Assembly (NCBI GenBank): GCA_964016885.1
Contig: OZ024750.1
Span: 4,216,001 to 4,280,000 of the forward strand
From: Eledone cirrhosa
Lineage: Eukaryota
DNA: 64,000 nt
Reading direction: 5' to 3'
This document shows, piece after piece, positions 1 to 12,619 of this stretch (positions within the stretch are counted from its first letter, which is position 1; each line of letters opens with the position of its first letter). A program made the translations under genes and the position numbers. Under the pieces are notes generated by a model. The model had not been told where the DNA came from, did not search any database, and saw only the letters and a program-made list of their open reading frames with translations.

Positions 1-147
1 CATAGTTGACAAGAATGACTGGTTTGTGTGGAAGGAAAGATAAAATGATAAAAGAAAGGAAATAAGAAAAAGAATGTTTAATAAGAAGATTATATCTACA
101 GAATGTTAAAGGAGAGTATGTAATGCACTCCTGTACACTCACTCATC

Positions 148-199
148 CATATATATATATGTGTATATATATATATATGTACATATATATGTGTATGTA

Positions 200-235
<36 letters not shown>

Positions 236-438
236 AGGTAAACAGAAATAACAACACAATCGGTACATATATATATGTATGTATGTATGTACATCCACTC
301 CTACACAGACACACACACACACGTATGTATGTATGTATGTATGTATGTATGTATGTATGTATGTATGTATGTATGTATGTATGTATGTATGTATGTATGT
401 ATGTATGTATAACCACTCCTACACACACACACATATAC

Positions 439-470
<32 letters not shown>

Positions 471-613
471 GTATGTATGTACATTCACTCCTACACACAC
501 ACATACATATATATATATATGTATGTATGTACATTCACTCCTACACACACACACATATATATATATGTACACTCACTACTACATATATATATATCTACAC
601 TCATTCACTCCTC

Positions 614-656
<43 letters not shown>

Positions 657-720
657 TGTATATGTACACTCACTCCTCCACACACACATATATACATACA
701 TACATACATACATACATATC

Positions 721-753
<33 letters not shown>

Positions 754-817
754 TCACTCCTACACACACACACACACATATATATATATATGTATATATA
801 TACATATATACATATAT
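148..817. repeat. Compound microsatellite (TA/TATG/CA) punctuated by CACTCCTACAC
   Basis: Directly visible; it produces the Y/I/H/T/C/V-rich ORFs in the track. Confidence 0.95.
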
Positions 818-829
818 ACGAGCAAGAGG

Positions 830-917
830 ACCAATCTTGCCTCACGTGGGACAATTCCCATCTAACCCATGCTAGCGTGGAAGATAGACGTTAAACGATG
901 AGGATGATGATGATGAT
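830..917 (+). mobile_element. 3' tail of RTE-type SINE/LINE family ending in (ATG)n
   Basis: caatcttgcctc..gggacaattcccatctaacccatgctagcgtggaagatagacgttaaac(gat)n; recurs at 9781-9941, 18862-19013, 22195-22330, 27508-27760 and 38832-39040. Confidence 0.75.
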
Positions 918-1013
918 GACACACACATATATACATACACATACATACACACAGCCACACACATATACACACAAAGTCAGAGCTACCTTTGCATATGTGT
1001 ATGAGTGCATGTG

Positions 1014-1150
1014 AGGCCTGTCATTAAGCTTTGGAGCACTGAGGTGGGATGGGTGTGTGGGTGGTTTCAGAAGATCATGCGTGGGCACTTGTTTTCAAAG
1101 AATGTACTTTACAACACTTTTTTTTATAAGCTTTATTTTCTAAATTTGAG
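1014..1150 (+). mobile_element. Decayed copy of the TIR element at 63427-63651
   Basis: aggcctgtcattaagctttggagc aligns with aggcccgtcgccaggctttggtgc; tttttataagctttattttctaaa aligns with tttttataaactatattttctaaa. Confidence 0.5.
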
Positions 1151-1155
1151 GTGTG

Positions 1156-1294
1156 TATGGGTGGGGGGTGGGAGAACTGCAACGACACCCCACCTTCATC
1201 CAGTGCATGTGTTTATATATATATATATATATATAAACACATGCACTGGATAAAGGTGGGGGTGTCATTGCAGTTCTCCCACCCCCCACCCATA
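1156..1294. repeat. Near-perfect palindrome centred on (TA)n
   Basis: tatgggtggggggtgggagaactgca...cagtgcatgtgttta / taaacacatgcactgg...tgcagttctcccaccccccacccata. Confidence 0.9.
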
Positions 1295-1378
1295 TTTATA
1301 CTCCAGTCCTATAAACTGTTGAGTGCTACTTATCCGATATTTGCATTGCTTTATTGTGCTACAATAAAACTCACCTCC

Positions 1379-1434
<56 letters not shown>

Positions 1435-1522
1435 TGGATAGATAGATATGTTTATCCCGAGTTCAATCTGGGGTAACCACAGTAAGTCAGCTACTCAATA
1501 CAGAGTATAGAAATGGCTTCTA

Positions 1523-1578
1523 TAGGACTAGAAAGCTTGTGGCTTTCCTGATGATTTCCTCCGAATGAAACAGTTCTA
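1523..1578 (+). ncRNA. Hammerhead-like motif, possibly a degenerate type III
   Basis: CUA, then hairpin gaaagc/gctttc, CUGAUGA (1548-1554), ttc/gaa helix II and GAAA (1567-1570); helix III needs a 2-nt bulge. Confidence 0.4.
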
Positions 1579-1592
1579 GTCCTGCAGAAGCC

Positions 1593-1627
<35 letters not shown>

Positions 1628-1632
<5 letters not shown>

Positions 1633-1830
1633 GTGTGTGGCTTAGTGGTTAGAGCATGTTATTTCATGTTACTCCAGTTCACTCAGCTGTAGAAATGAGT
1701 TGTGATGTCACTATCGGTCATTGCTTTTCCCTTGGACAACATTAGTGATGTGGAGAGGGGGGATTAGTATGCATGGACGACTGCTGGTCTTCCATAAACA
1801 ACCTTGCCTGGACTTGTGCCTTGGAAGGGA
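1628..1830 (+). mobile_element. tRNA-derived SINE group B, internally deleted
   Basis: A-box-like tggcttagtggttagagc followed by ctccagttcactcagctgtagaaatgag; body matches 16775-16935. Confidence 0.75.
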
Positions 1831-2173
1831 AAATTGATAAATAATTTATCTGGTAATCAATGTTTATCATTGATTGACCAACAGTTAAAAATATAAATAT
1901 AATTTATCAAAATTCTTTTGTCACACATTTTTTGGACATCTTCAATGTTTATCACTGTGTTATAAGAATATAACAATATCTGTTTCAACACACGATTTCA
2001 TATCAAAATCCTTGCAAAATATATATATATATATATATATAATTTACATAATAGTATAAAGAAATTTATAAGCCCACTCTCTGGGAATTTCCAACAGAAA
2101 TGGTCGCATTTATTTAGGGTTTCATTTCATTTTCATTTCATTTTTTTCAATATTTATTTATAAAACTGCTCTA

Positions 2174-2247
2174 TATTATATTTTATCTGATGAAAGCACA
2201 CCATAATTTAACTTGGTGTCCTTGAAATATGTATAATGAAATAAATA
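2174..2247 (+). ncRNA. Minimal type I hammerhead ribozyme (C.C subfamily)
   Basis: Helix I tattttat/atgaaata; CUGAUGA 2187-2193; helix II aag-C-acacca/tggtgt-C-ctt; GAAA 2224-2227; UAUGUAUA; AUA triplet 2233-2235; host element about 2041-2287 between (TA)n tracts. Confidence 0.8.
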
Positions 2248-2284
2248 TGGTTTTATAAATATAGTTTCCATTTGTTAATATTTC

Positions 2285-2372
<88 letters not shown>

Positions 2373-2597
2373 TGTATCTTTAGCTCTATAAAACACTACC
2401 TCAACAAAGTCACATCCAACCCATGCCAATCATAAAAACTATGATAAAGATGATTAACTACTGCAAAGTATTTAGTCAGATATAACTGTTTCAGGTACAT
2501 CCAGTGTCCTTGCAATGCCAATAAATATGTGTGTGTGTGTATGTGTGTCTGTGTGCATGCGTGTGCGTGTGTTTGTCTGTGAGTGTGTCTACCTCAG

Positions 2598-2632
<35 letters not shown>

Positions 2633-2864
2633 ACTACCAAAGTGGTCTGGAAATAACTAAATCCCTGGCTAGTGGCTAAACTATCTAAATACCCACTGGC
2701 TTACAACTTTACTTAATCACATGCTGTTGCACACGCCCACACATGTCAAATATATCTAACAAATATATATATAAATATATACATATGTACATAAATATCA
2801 ACGCAGTATATTAATGTGTGTGTGTGTGTGCTTACGTGTGTGTGAATTGAAGAGTGATAAAGGC

Positions 2865-3137
2865 ATACATACATACCATACATACACATACATATATACC
2901 ATACATACATACATTACATACATATATACCATACATATATATATATATATACCATACATACATATATATACCATACATATATATATATATATATACCATA
3001 CATACATATATATACCATACATATATATATATATATATACCATACATACATACATAAATACATACATATGTACATACATATATATACCATACATATGTAC
3101 ATACATATATATACCATACATACATACATACCATACA

Positions 3138-3168
<31 letters not shown>

Positions 3169-3278
3169 GTACATACATATATATACCATACATACATACA
3201 TACATATATATATACCATACACACATACATATATATACCATACATACATAAATACATACATACATACATATATATACC
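2865..3278. repeat. (CATA/TA/CCATA) compound microsatellite
   Basis: Directly visible. Confidence 0.95.
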
Positions 3279-3780
3279 ATGGTGGCTGCCAACTCGTTTT
3301 CGAGTACGGCCACTACTTTATATCCATGTAGGAGAACCCTTACCGATGCGCTGAACGAGTGTGACCTTTTAGTCCAGCCAGCGACTTGACAACTCTGGTA
3401 CAAACACTACACTTGTGACAATTATGACACAGTGCCATATTGACACATATATACCATACATACATATATATACCATACATACAGACAGACAGGATGCCAA
3501 ATCCCAAAGGGAACTAAGAACTTTACAAAAGCCTGATGAAAGGAACCAGAGTTGTGATACATCAATCATCTTGTCTAACAGGTTGGGAACTATAAAAGGA
3601 ACGATTGACTTTCAACAAATTGGACCGAGGAAACAATGTTTCCGTTGGTCTTTCCAATTGCTAATACTATCTATTGGTCGCAACTCCAGGTAGAAGGAGC
3701 AACGTGAAATAAAGTGTCTTGCTTAAGGACATGACGCATCGCCGGGTCGGGGAATCGAACTCACAACCTCACGCTTGCGA
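3279..3780 (-). mobile_element. SINE group B head with a long, distinct 3' body
   Basis: Reverse strand reads B-box gagttcgattcc, then ccttaagcaagacactttatttcacgttgctcc, then about 400 bp of body; the body's attachment and distal boundary are inferred. Confidence 0.6.
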
Positions 3781-4334
3781 ATCCAATTCTCACAAGCGTG
3801 AGGTTGTGAGTTCAATTCCCCGACAGGGAACTATCTATGTACAGAAAATATTTATTCTGGACAGAAATTCTCCTTGAGGAACAACTAGAAGCTTATAACA
3901 AGACTTCAGCCTGTGGAAGGATCTAAAACCATCTGTAAAGGAAGTCTGAAATATATCTATCAAGAATTGACTATAGAAACATCCATTGATTGATTTCTAT
4001 ATGTAAGAAGAACAATCTATTGTGCTACAAAACCTTTGGTTCTTCCTCCTTCTTATATTAGTTTAGTCGTCAGTCTGGTAGAATTGTTACAGTGTTGGAT
4101 AAAATCCCTTGTGGTGTTTATTCTGGCTTTCTAAACTCTCGGTTCAAATCTCATATAGGTCAGCTTTGCTTTTCTGGAGTTGGTAAATAAAGTAACATTC
4201 CAAGGCAGTAGATTTGGTGAGGAACCAGACCTGCCAACTTCTAAAAACCCAAACGGAGAGTACCATGAAAAAGGTGCTCCAAAACGGCAAGAAATGAGAC
4301 AAAATGGGGAGATTTTATATAATGGTTTCTTATA

Positions 4335-4540
4335 TAGGCACAAGGCCAGCAATTTGGGGGAGAGGGAAAAGTCAATTAAATCGACCCCAGTGCGTGACTG
4401 GTGATTTATTTTATTGACCCCGCAAGGATGAAAGGCAAAGTTAACCTCGGCGGAATTTGAACTCAGATCATAAAGGTCCGTAACTCTTTGCTGCAAAGCA
4501 TGGCATCCGACCCTTTACTGATACGGCCAATCCATCGCCC
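4335..4540 (-). mobile_element. tRNA-derived SINE group A
   Basis: Reverse strand reads ggcgatggattggc...gagttcaaattccgccgaggttaactttgcctttcatccttgcggggtcaataaaataa. Confidence 0.85.
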
Positions 4541-4995
4541 TCAGAGATTTTCTATAATGAAAGCTATACCCATTTTCACTAGAGAAGACATCTCTCACCC
4601 ACCCCAAAGTGAGTGAGAGATCTCCCCATCAGACAGGGAGAGTCGACAGATCTGTGGAACTATTGGGGACTCAAATGCAATATTAGTATTTGAAACAGTA
4701 TTTGTTCTGGCTCTGAGTTCAAGTTCTGTCTGTGCTCTAATGTCCAGTCCTAATCACCCAACAATGTAAACATTTCACCTAATCCAATCCTGCTCTTGTC
4801 CAGTGTAGACAGGTAGACCTCAAACCAGCTGAGTTGCTGAGATATCATACAACACTGTATCATAAATAGCTCAGTGTCCTACTACATTGCTAAACTAAAC
4901 TTTAACTTAACATTGTAGCTCCACTGATCATAATTTGTCCTTATGTCTAATTAATAACTGGTTATATTATGTATAATATAACCAGTTATTAATTA

Positions 4996-5185
4996 GGGCA
5001 GTGGATTGGCAAAATCTTTAGAGGGTCTGACGCCATGCTTTGCAGCAAAGAGTTACGGCCCTTTATGGTCTGAGTTCAAATCCCGCCGAGGTTAAATTTG
5101 CCTTTCATCCTTATGGGTCGATAAAATAAAGTACCAGTAATACACTGGGATAATTGCTGGCTTTGTACCAAAAGTAGAAACAATT
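4996..5185 (+). mobile_element. tRNA-derived SINE group A
   Basis: gggcagtggattggc head, B-box gagttcaaatcc, central gcctttcatcct...gtcgataaaataaagtacc block resembling a shared SINE central domain. Confidence 0.85.
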
Positions 5186-5269
5186 ATTTATATATAAGTA
5201 TAAAGGATGATGTGTTAAAGCAGAGAGATGCTATAAATATAGCTCAGAAAATAGGGTGAAGATCATTAA

Positions 5270-5477
5270 CCCTTCAGCATTTACATTACTCTATATTTAC
5301 TATTACATTTTCATGGTAAAAGCTTTATCTCACATAATATCAAATCTATGAGATTTTGATTTAATTTATTTTGAGAACAATATCTTAACATCAGTATGAG
5401 TGGCTAGTTATGACTGGTTTGAACAGAAAGGGGTGCGAGAATTCTGGCCAGATATGGCCAGTTTAAATGCTAAAGGG
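5270..5477 (+). mobile_element. piggyBac-type MITE
   Basis: TTAA-CCCTTCAGCATTTA...TAAATGCTAAAGGG-TTAA; TTAA flanks and CCC/GGG ends are piggyBac hallmarks; no ORF. Confidence 0.85.
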
Positions 5478-5590
5478 TTAAATGATGGAAAAAGAAGTTG
5501 TTATTAGCTGCTATGAAGAAGTGAATCCCACATTTCCCAGATACCGGCTATTTTTATATCATCCCTGCACTGTTCATGTAACTTATTGTC

Positions 5591-5643
<53 letters not shown>

Positions 5644-5644
<1 letters not shown>

Positions 5645-6037
5645 AGTGTAGTACTTATTCCATTGATCTTCATCAAATTACTAAGCTAGTGTACATTGTT
5701 TATGCAATACATAAACAAATTATACCACATGCTTAAAAGATACATATGTATGTATAGAAATTTCGTATTTCGAAAGAAATACGATTTTAGGAAGCCATAG
5801 CTATGCGAATACCGGGGAGCTAACGCCCTCTAGTGTTGTCCAGCAGAAGCAAGGGCGTTAGCTCCCCGGTATTCGCATAGCTATGGCTTCCTAAAATCGT
5901 ATTTCTTTCGAAATACGAAATTTCTATACATACATATGTATATTTTAAGCATGTGGTATAATTTGTTTATGTATTGCATAAACAATGTACACTAGCTTAG
6001 TAATTTGATGAAGATCAATGGAATAAGTACTACACTT
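5644..6037. repeat. Long inverted repeat with 186-bp arms and a 22-nt loop
   Basis: 5644-5829 is the reverse complement of 5852-6037 with one mismatch seen; begins right after a (TA)n tract. Confidence 0.95.
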
Positions 6038-6366
6038 GAAAGATAAACTAGGAATTGGTGTCAGGAAGGAGGACATCCGCACACAGAATACTGTCTCTAA
6101 AAAGTCTCATCTCATACGTTAGAAGAGAAAACCAGATGTAAAAGTGATGATGATGATAATGATGATAATGATGATGACAATGACAATGATGATGGTGATG
6201 ATGATGATGACGATGATAATGACAATGATGATGATGATGATTATTGTGTATATAGTGTCTTGTTGTTGGGTGCATGATCCTAATGTCATGGGTTTGATTC
6301 TCAGACCTAGCAGCACATTGTCTTCACTTTATTCTGCTCCAGTCCACCAGATGAAAAAGAGATGTA

Positions 6367-6590
6367 TTGCGTTGGTATGGACATGTAATGTGTATGAAGG
6401 ATGACAGCTGCATAAAAAGGTGCAGAGCACTAGAAGTCAATGGAAGCCGTGGAGTGGGGGAGACCCAAGAAGACCTGGGATGAGGTGATAAAAGCCGACC
6501 TTACCCAATTGCACCTCTCAAAGGCGATGACACATGGCCGTGACCTCTGGCGTCACGCAGTAATAAAGAAGACCCGACTTCCCATGGGTA
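6367..6590 (+). pseudogene. RTE-clade LINE ORF C-terminal fragment
   Basis: Manual translation LRWYGHVMCMKDDSCIKRCRALEVNGSRG/RPKKTWDEVIKADLTQLHLSKAMTHGRDLWRHAV with one frameshift; LRWxGHV and GRPxxTW motifs. Confidence 0.8.
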
Positions 6591-6598
6591 CAAGCCGA

Positions 6599-6704
6599 AG
6601 CTTGTCATCTCCTCCGTAAGCTTCAGCGATCTGAGGTCAGCTCTCACCACCTCCGCCCATGTTTTTCGTGGTCTTCCTCTACTGCGTCTTCCTTCTACTG
6701 GCAT
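6599..6704 (-). pseudogene. Second RTE C-terminal fragment, opposite orientation
   Basis: VEGRRSRGRPRKTWAEVVRADLRSLKLTEEMT in ORF 6501..6755. Confidence 0.8.
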
Positions 6705-6729
6705 GGATGGATTCAGTTTGAAACTAGTT

Positions 6730-6845
6730 AGACCATTACTCACCAGAGTACTCAATATTTGGGGTAGTAGAGTATGGTTATATTAAAAAGAGTCGGGACC
6801 CGATTCTGAGCTCTTGCCATTTCCAGACTGGAAATAGCTGTTGAA
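6730..6845 (-). mobile_element. Fragment of family E (Penelope pLTR-like)
   Basis: gaccatt..accagagtactcaatatttggggtagtagagt...; homologous to 19378-19500, 10879-10993, 24205-24395 and 40925-41072. Confidence 0.6.
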
Positions 6846-7630
6846 ATGGCATATATATGTGTGTGTGTATGTGTGTGTCAGGAATACCTGTGTAAAGGTA
6901 TGTACATCACCAAAAGGATATGTAAAAGAGGCAAACACAACTACTCAATACGTTCAGAGATCAATAAAATCAATACTATATATATATACCATATAGATAT
7001 AAATAATCGAGTGAAAGCTTTGACAGTGGTGCCCCAGCATGGCCACAGTTCAATGATTGAAAAGAATAATAGAGAAATACATTTCTTAGATACTTCTTTG
7101 ACATACAACTACAGAGATCTTGTCACAAATATTAGTGGCTAGGTGGGGTGGGGTGGGGTAGGGGTGGGGGGTAAACAACTTCATTGCTAATAGCAAGATA
7201 TCTGGAATATTCCGAGTAACATTCAAAGACATCGTCTTTTGTTCCAACATCTGAGCAACATCAAAAGAACGTAACACAAGTTGAAATCAATGTATTCGAG
7301 AGCAATGTAGAACTTCCTGGAAGAAATAGGAGTTATTTACCAAATTTCTGAAGAAGTTGATAAAATATCTGTAGTCCTTGCAATTGATGTGTCTTTATTT
7401 ACTTTCTCTCTCTCCCTCACTCTCTTTCCCTCACTCTCTCTCTCTCTCACACTCTCTCTCTCTCTTGCTCTATTTTTTTTCTTTGAGTCCTGATCTCAAA
7501 ATATCTTATGAAAACTGGAAATTCAAAATAAGTCTCAAAGCTTAAAGGGTTTAACATTCAAAGGAATAAATATTGATAAAATATCAATTATATGTGTGTT
7601 TCTCTCTCTCTCTCTATATATATATATATA

Positions 7631-7708
7631 CAGGGTGTCCCCCCAAAATGCATATGCACTTCAACAGCCTTGTAACCAAAGTGTTATACATTTTTTGGGG
7701 ACACCATA
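7631..7708. mobile_element. Tc1/mariner-type MITE in (TA)n
   Basis: TA-CAGGGTGTCCCCCCAAAA...TTTTTTGGGGACACC inverted termini; relatives at 54634 and 61991. Confidence 0.65.
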
Positions 7709-8267
7709 TATATATATATACATATGTAGGAAAATGTTCAAGACCCCGACGGCAGAGCTTAAACCGTATCGACGGCTATTTCTGTATATATATATACCCA
7801 CAAAAAGGATACATAAAAAAAACTAACACAACTATTCAATAAGTGCAGAGATCAATAAAATTAGTACTGTGAGCCAGATAGATATAAATAATTGAGTGAA
7901 AGCTTTGAAAGTGGTGCCCCAGCATGGCCACAGTTGAATCATAATAAACAAAAGATGGCTAAGAACAGAGCCCTGGTGGACACCCACCTGCATACTAAAT
8001 AGTCATTGTTAATCCTAACTTTGCTGACTGCTCCTCTCTCTACATGGTCATGCACAAACACACACACACATATATATACACACATACATACACCAGGTTT
8101 CCTGTATGTCTCATAAGTCCAGAAATCTATACCTGCAGAATTTGTTTACAAGGTGGAGGCCTGGACAAGTATTTTGCATGGAAAACCGCCAGACACCCAA
8201 GCATGCAAGTCTTCCCTCTAAATGCCATAGATGTTATCCATTCAGGACACAGAACAAACAGGTGGTT

Positions 8268-8460
8268 ATCTTCTTCTTCTTCTTCACTCACTTATTCTTG
8301 AGAGAGTTGTTGGGGCAGAGTCCTTAAACACTCCTTCCAGTGGGTCCTGTCAGAAACAACAGTCTCCAAATGATCTGGCTGGATCCCCAAGGGAGACCAA
8401 CCAAGTTCATGGATGTTAACCAACTATCTTGCTCGGGGTCTACCCCTGGGTCTCCTACCT
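8268..8460 (-). mobile_element. RTE (Expander/Rex3-like) LINE 3' end with (GAA)n tail
   Basis: Reverse homolog of 35045-35227. Confidence 0.75.
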
Positions 8461-8590
8461 CTTAGTTTTACAGATTCTACAGATGGTTGTGAACATCAAA
8501 TATTTTCCTGGTGAAGAATGTAGTGGTTACAATCCCACAGACATACGATAATCTGGAGAAGGTAGCTATTGCTTGGAGATTTTGATTTAA

Positions 8591-8808
8591 CCCTTTAGCA
8601 TTTACATTACTCTATATATATTATTGTATTTTTGTGGTAAAGGCTTTACCTCACATAATCATCCCACATGATATCGAATCTATGAGATTTTGATATTTAT
8701 TTTGAGAACAATATCTTAACATAAGTATAAGCAGCTAGTTACAACCAGTTTGAACAGAAACAGATGAGAGAATTCTGGCCGGATATGGCTGGTTTAAATG
8801 CTAAAGGG
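8591..8808 (+). mobile_element. piggyBac-type MITE
   Basis: TTAA 8587-8590, CCCTTTAGCATTTA TIRs, TTAA 8809-8812. Confidence 0.9.
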
Positions 8809-9627
8809 TTAAATCTATTTAAGATGAGTGGCCTTGTTCCTTAGCAACAGATACAGGTTTTGGGTGCGTTGGTATTGAAAGGGTTAATTAGTCAGTACAG
8901 AGAGGTGTCATATTGAACGACTGTTATAGTAGTCATCATCATCATCGTTTAATGTCTATCTTCCATGCTAGCATGGGTTGGACGGTATTATTATCAACTG
9001 TTACAATCCCACCGAGGTTAACTTTACCTTACATACTTATGGGGGCGATAAAATAAAGTACCAGTAATGTACTGAGATAATTGCTGGCCTTGTGCCAAAA
9101 GTAGAAACAATTATTATCAACTGTTACAAAGACAAAAGATATGTCCTAGAAAGAAGGAAACAACAGAAGTATAAAACTGATCGCCTTATGAGAGTAACAG
9201 AAAGATTTATGGTAACAAAGATTAGGAAGGCAATTTAGTTTTGTGTGTGTGTGTGTGTGTCACTTTCTCTCTCTGTGTATGTGGGTGCATGTGCCTCTGT
9301 GCATGTGTGTGTGTGTGTGTATATGACCTTGCTTTATCTACGTGTTTGCATTATCAAAATTATTTTCTGAAGCTATCAACATTAGCAGGTTAATCCAAAG
9401 AAATTGAAACATGTGCAAAGTATTGTTTGAATTGTTTGCGTATGAATTATGCGGATATGGAAAACTAGGACACCTGAACGTGATTGGAGAATATATAATA
9501 CAAGATAAAAAAAATGGAACAACATAGCAACAAAAACAACAACAACAACATGATTGATAATTTGTAAACACCAGAACTACTTTAGCAATAAATCATGTAC
9601 AAAGAAAAGTGGATATTTGTACTCAAT

Positions 9628-10013
9628 AGGGCAGTGGAATGGCAGAATCTGTAGAGTGTCGGACATCATGCTTATAGCATAGTGTTATACCCTTTTATGA
9701 TCTGAGTTCAAATCCTGCCGAGGTTAACTTTGCCTTTCATCCTTACGAAGTCAATAAAAAATATACCAGTCATACACTGGTTGGTGTTAGGAAGGGCGTC
9801 CAGCCGTAGAAAACCTGCCAGATAGTACTATATGAGCGAGACACGGTCACCCGACCAATCTTGCCTCAAGTGGGACAATCCCGTCTAACCCATGCTAGCG
9901 TGGAAGATAGACTTTAAACGATGATGATGATGATAATGATGACACTGGGGCCGATTTAATAGACTTTCCCTTTCCCAAAATTGTTGGCCTTTTACCTGAA
10001 TCAGAAACCATTA
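9628..10013 (+). mobile_element. SINE group A interrupted by a younger insertion
   Basis: Head runs to 9780 and resumes at 9942; ACACTGG is duplicated on both sides of the insert. Confidence 0.85.
9781..9941 (+). mobile_element. 5'-truncated RTE-tailed retroposon with 7-bp target-site duplication
   Basis: ttggtgttaggaagggcgtccagccgtagaaa...(gat)n between ACACTGG repeats at 9774-9780 and 9942-9948. Confidence 0.85.
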
Positions 10014-10878
10014 TTTGTATTCAAGACAATGTTTTTAAAATGAAATCTCATGAGTGTTATACTTGAGTATAGAGCAAGGTTTTACCATCAACATTTTACA
10101 CAAAAAAATAAGGGTAGCCTTATACACGAATATTTGTTTGGAGGAGTTGGTAGTCATGCATTGTCAGTGATTGTAATCTACCAGATAAACTTATTGGACA
10201 AACACTATAAATATTTTAAAATGCAAAAGGAAGCCCTAGGGTCACAGTAGAATGGCAGGGGTAAGAGGGAGGGTGATTAGCTCGGAGTCTAGGGTGCGGT
10301 AGTATTGGGGCTGTGCCCCGAGGACAAGACTTCAAAAACATTTCTGCAGACAATGGCCAGCAACACCTGCCTCGCAGGGCTCCTTCCTGAGACAGGCTGC
10401 TCACGTTCTGATCTTGTGGAGGAGCTCAGCAGTACAGGGTCTGAGTAGCCCTGGGATAGCTTGTGAACCCTAGCAGATATAGACAGGTATTTTCTACTAT
10501 AGACTGTATTGCAACTGTATTTAATTGATTTATATAATTGACATAATTCCTCAGATGATTGATTTGTGACTCCGATAAATCAATAGTTGATGATCAATGA
10601 TCGATTACTTGGATCAATTTTAAGTTGTGTTTCTCCTCGAATCATGAAATGGCCATAAGGAATAAGAACTTTTTCCATAAAAAAATGGATGTTAAACGGT
10701 GATGATGATGATGATGATGCAGAGAGAGAAAGAGAGACCAAACACAAAACAAGATAATTTTATGTTTTAATGATTCTATCAATTTGATTCTTAAAATGAT
10801 GAATTCAAACTTAATTCAATGAATTAAAACTTTTATATTATATATATGTCTATGTGTATATATATGTCTATGTATATG

Positions 10879-10989
10879 TGGACCATAACGCATTAGAGTA
10901 CTCAATACTTAGGGTAGTAGAGTGGGTAATAGGAAAAGAGTCAGGACCCCGAAAGGCCGGAGCTCAGCCGTCGGGGTCCTGACTATTTT

Positions 10990-10993
<4 letters not shown>
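10879..10993 (-). mobile_element. Family E fragment with fold-back end
   Basis: gagtactcaatacttagggtagtag; palindrome 10930-10993; flanked by TA-rich microsatellite. Confidence 0.7.
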
Positions 10994-11058
<65 letters not shown>

Positions 11059-11244
11059 CAACAACAGCAGCACACAAAGAAAGAAAGAAAAAATACATAT
11101 AACAAGGTATAAAGGTGGTAATCTGCTACTTAACTATGCCATTAAAAGTGCGATGGATCTTCAGAGATTAAGCATAGCAATAGATAAAATGTATAACAAC
11201 AACAACAACAACAACGACAATGATAATAATAATAGTAATAATAA

Positions 11245-11621
11245 AGATCATGCCTGATTGTAGATGTAGCCTGCCCATTTGACACGAGAGTGCAAGAAAA
11301 GGAGAGGGAGAAAATTAACCGATACCAGGATTTAAAGTGGGAGTTAAAAAGGATTTGGAACTGCCATGAAATCAAGGTCGTCCCGATTGTCATAGGCACA
11401 CTAGGTACTATCTCAAAGAGTTTCCAAGGATGGTTAAAGAACATTAGCCCAGCACCGCTTTTTGGAATACTTCAAAAGGCATGCTTGCTGGGAACAGCAA
11501 GAACCCTCCGATACGTCCTGAATACCTGAGGCTGCAGGTAGCGGCTTGATGTTCATTTCAACAAACTTTCCAGTTAATTAACATCAATGACTGAGACTCA
11601 AAGAACAATAATAATAATAAT
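11245..11621 (+). mobile_element. 5'-truncated R4/Dong-clade non-LTR retrotransposon (RLE domain plus 3' UTR)
   Basis: In frame from 11251: CLIVDVACPFDTRVQEKEREKINRYQDLKWELKRIW..VVPIVIGTLG..LQKACLLGTARTLRYVL*; KxxRY motif; (AAT)n on both sides. Confidence 0.85.
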
Positions 11622-12619
11622 GACCAATATAATGAACACAAAAAAACCAAAACAATAATTAAACTGGGTTAATTAAGGTACACACAGTAATGTGTTTAAT
11701 TGGGAATACTTGGGTTCACAGCATATTTGTTAATTCTACTTTTTATCTGAATGTGTCGATATCTATCTCCTGGATGGATCACATGTATTTTTTAACAAAT
11801 AGTTTATTTCTTCGCCCCAAACCCCACCCCAAGTTGTGTATGTAAATATTTCCAATATATAAAAGTACATTATAATGTCTGATATCTTAACTATAATAAA
11901 GGGGGGGGGGAGGTGCAGGACTCCGTGCAGAATATATTTTTTTACCCCGTTTGTAAAATAAGTTGGATTACTTTGAATAAATAATGAATGAATATTTCAT
12001 AATTTGTGCTAAATTTCGTGGCTGTTGATTAAATATATTTTATAGCTTATTTAACTTTAAAATTTTCTAATGTCAACACTTCCGGTTAGCGGCCATTATA
12101 TTATAACACTTATAAACAAGTTACAACTGGCTTAAACAGAAAGAGGTGAGACAATTCTGGCCAGATACGGCCGGTTTAAATGCTAAAGGCCAAATAAGGA
12201 ATAAGGCATTGGACAAGGAACATGACATTGAATAATGTAGTCTTAGATACTTCTAAAACAACAGGATGGTCATAAAGGAATGTCTTTGATCATTGCTCTG
12301 CTAAACTACAAAAAGACAAGGATTAAACTACAATAAAACAAAAGGGTTATGAAAATAATAACGTCACACCACTCCTCAAAAAGAAAAATATATAATACAT
12401 ATATATTGAATGAAATCATAATAAAATTTGAATATCTTTTATTGTAAGACCACACAGCTTAGTCTTAACATATACACAGATTGAAACAGAAGGAACGATA
12501 TATATATATATATATATCCAACTATATATATATATCCAACTATATATATATATATCCAACTATATATATATATATATACAATTGATATTAAATAAATGGA
12601 AACTATATTTATAAAACCA

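Noticed and set aside
3533-3660. CTGATGA inside the long SINE body
   Set aside because: No helix II closing onto GAAA with a compatible NUH and helix I
6005-6050. TTGATGA...GAAA at the end of the long hairpin arm
   Set aside because: The intervening sequence does not form helix II and no helix I is evident
11120-11180. Minus-strand CTGAAGA in a TA-adjacent island
   Set aside because: No GAAA follows; at most a deleted remnant
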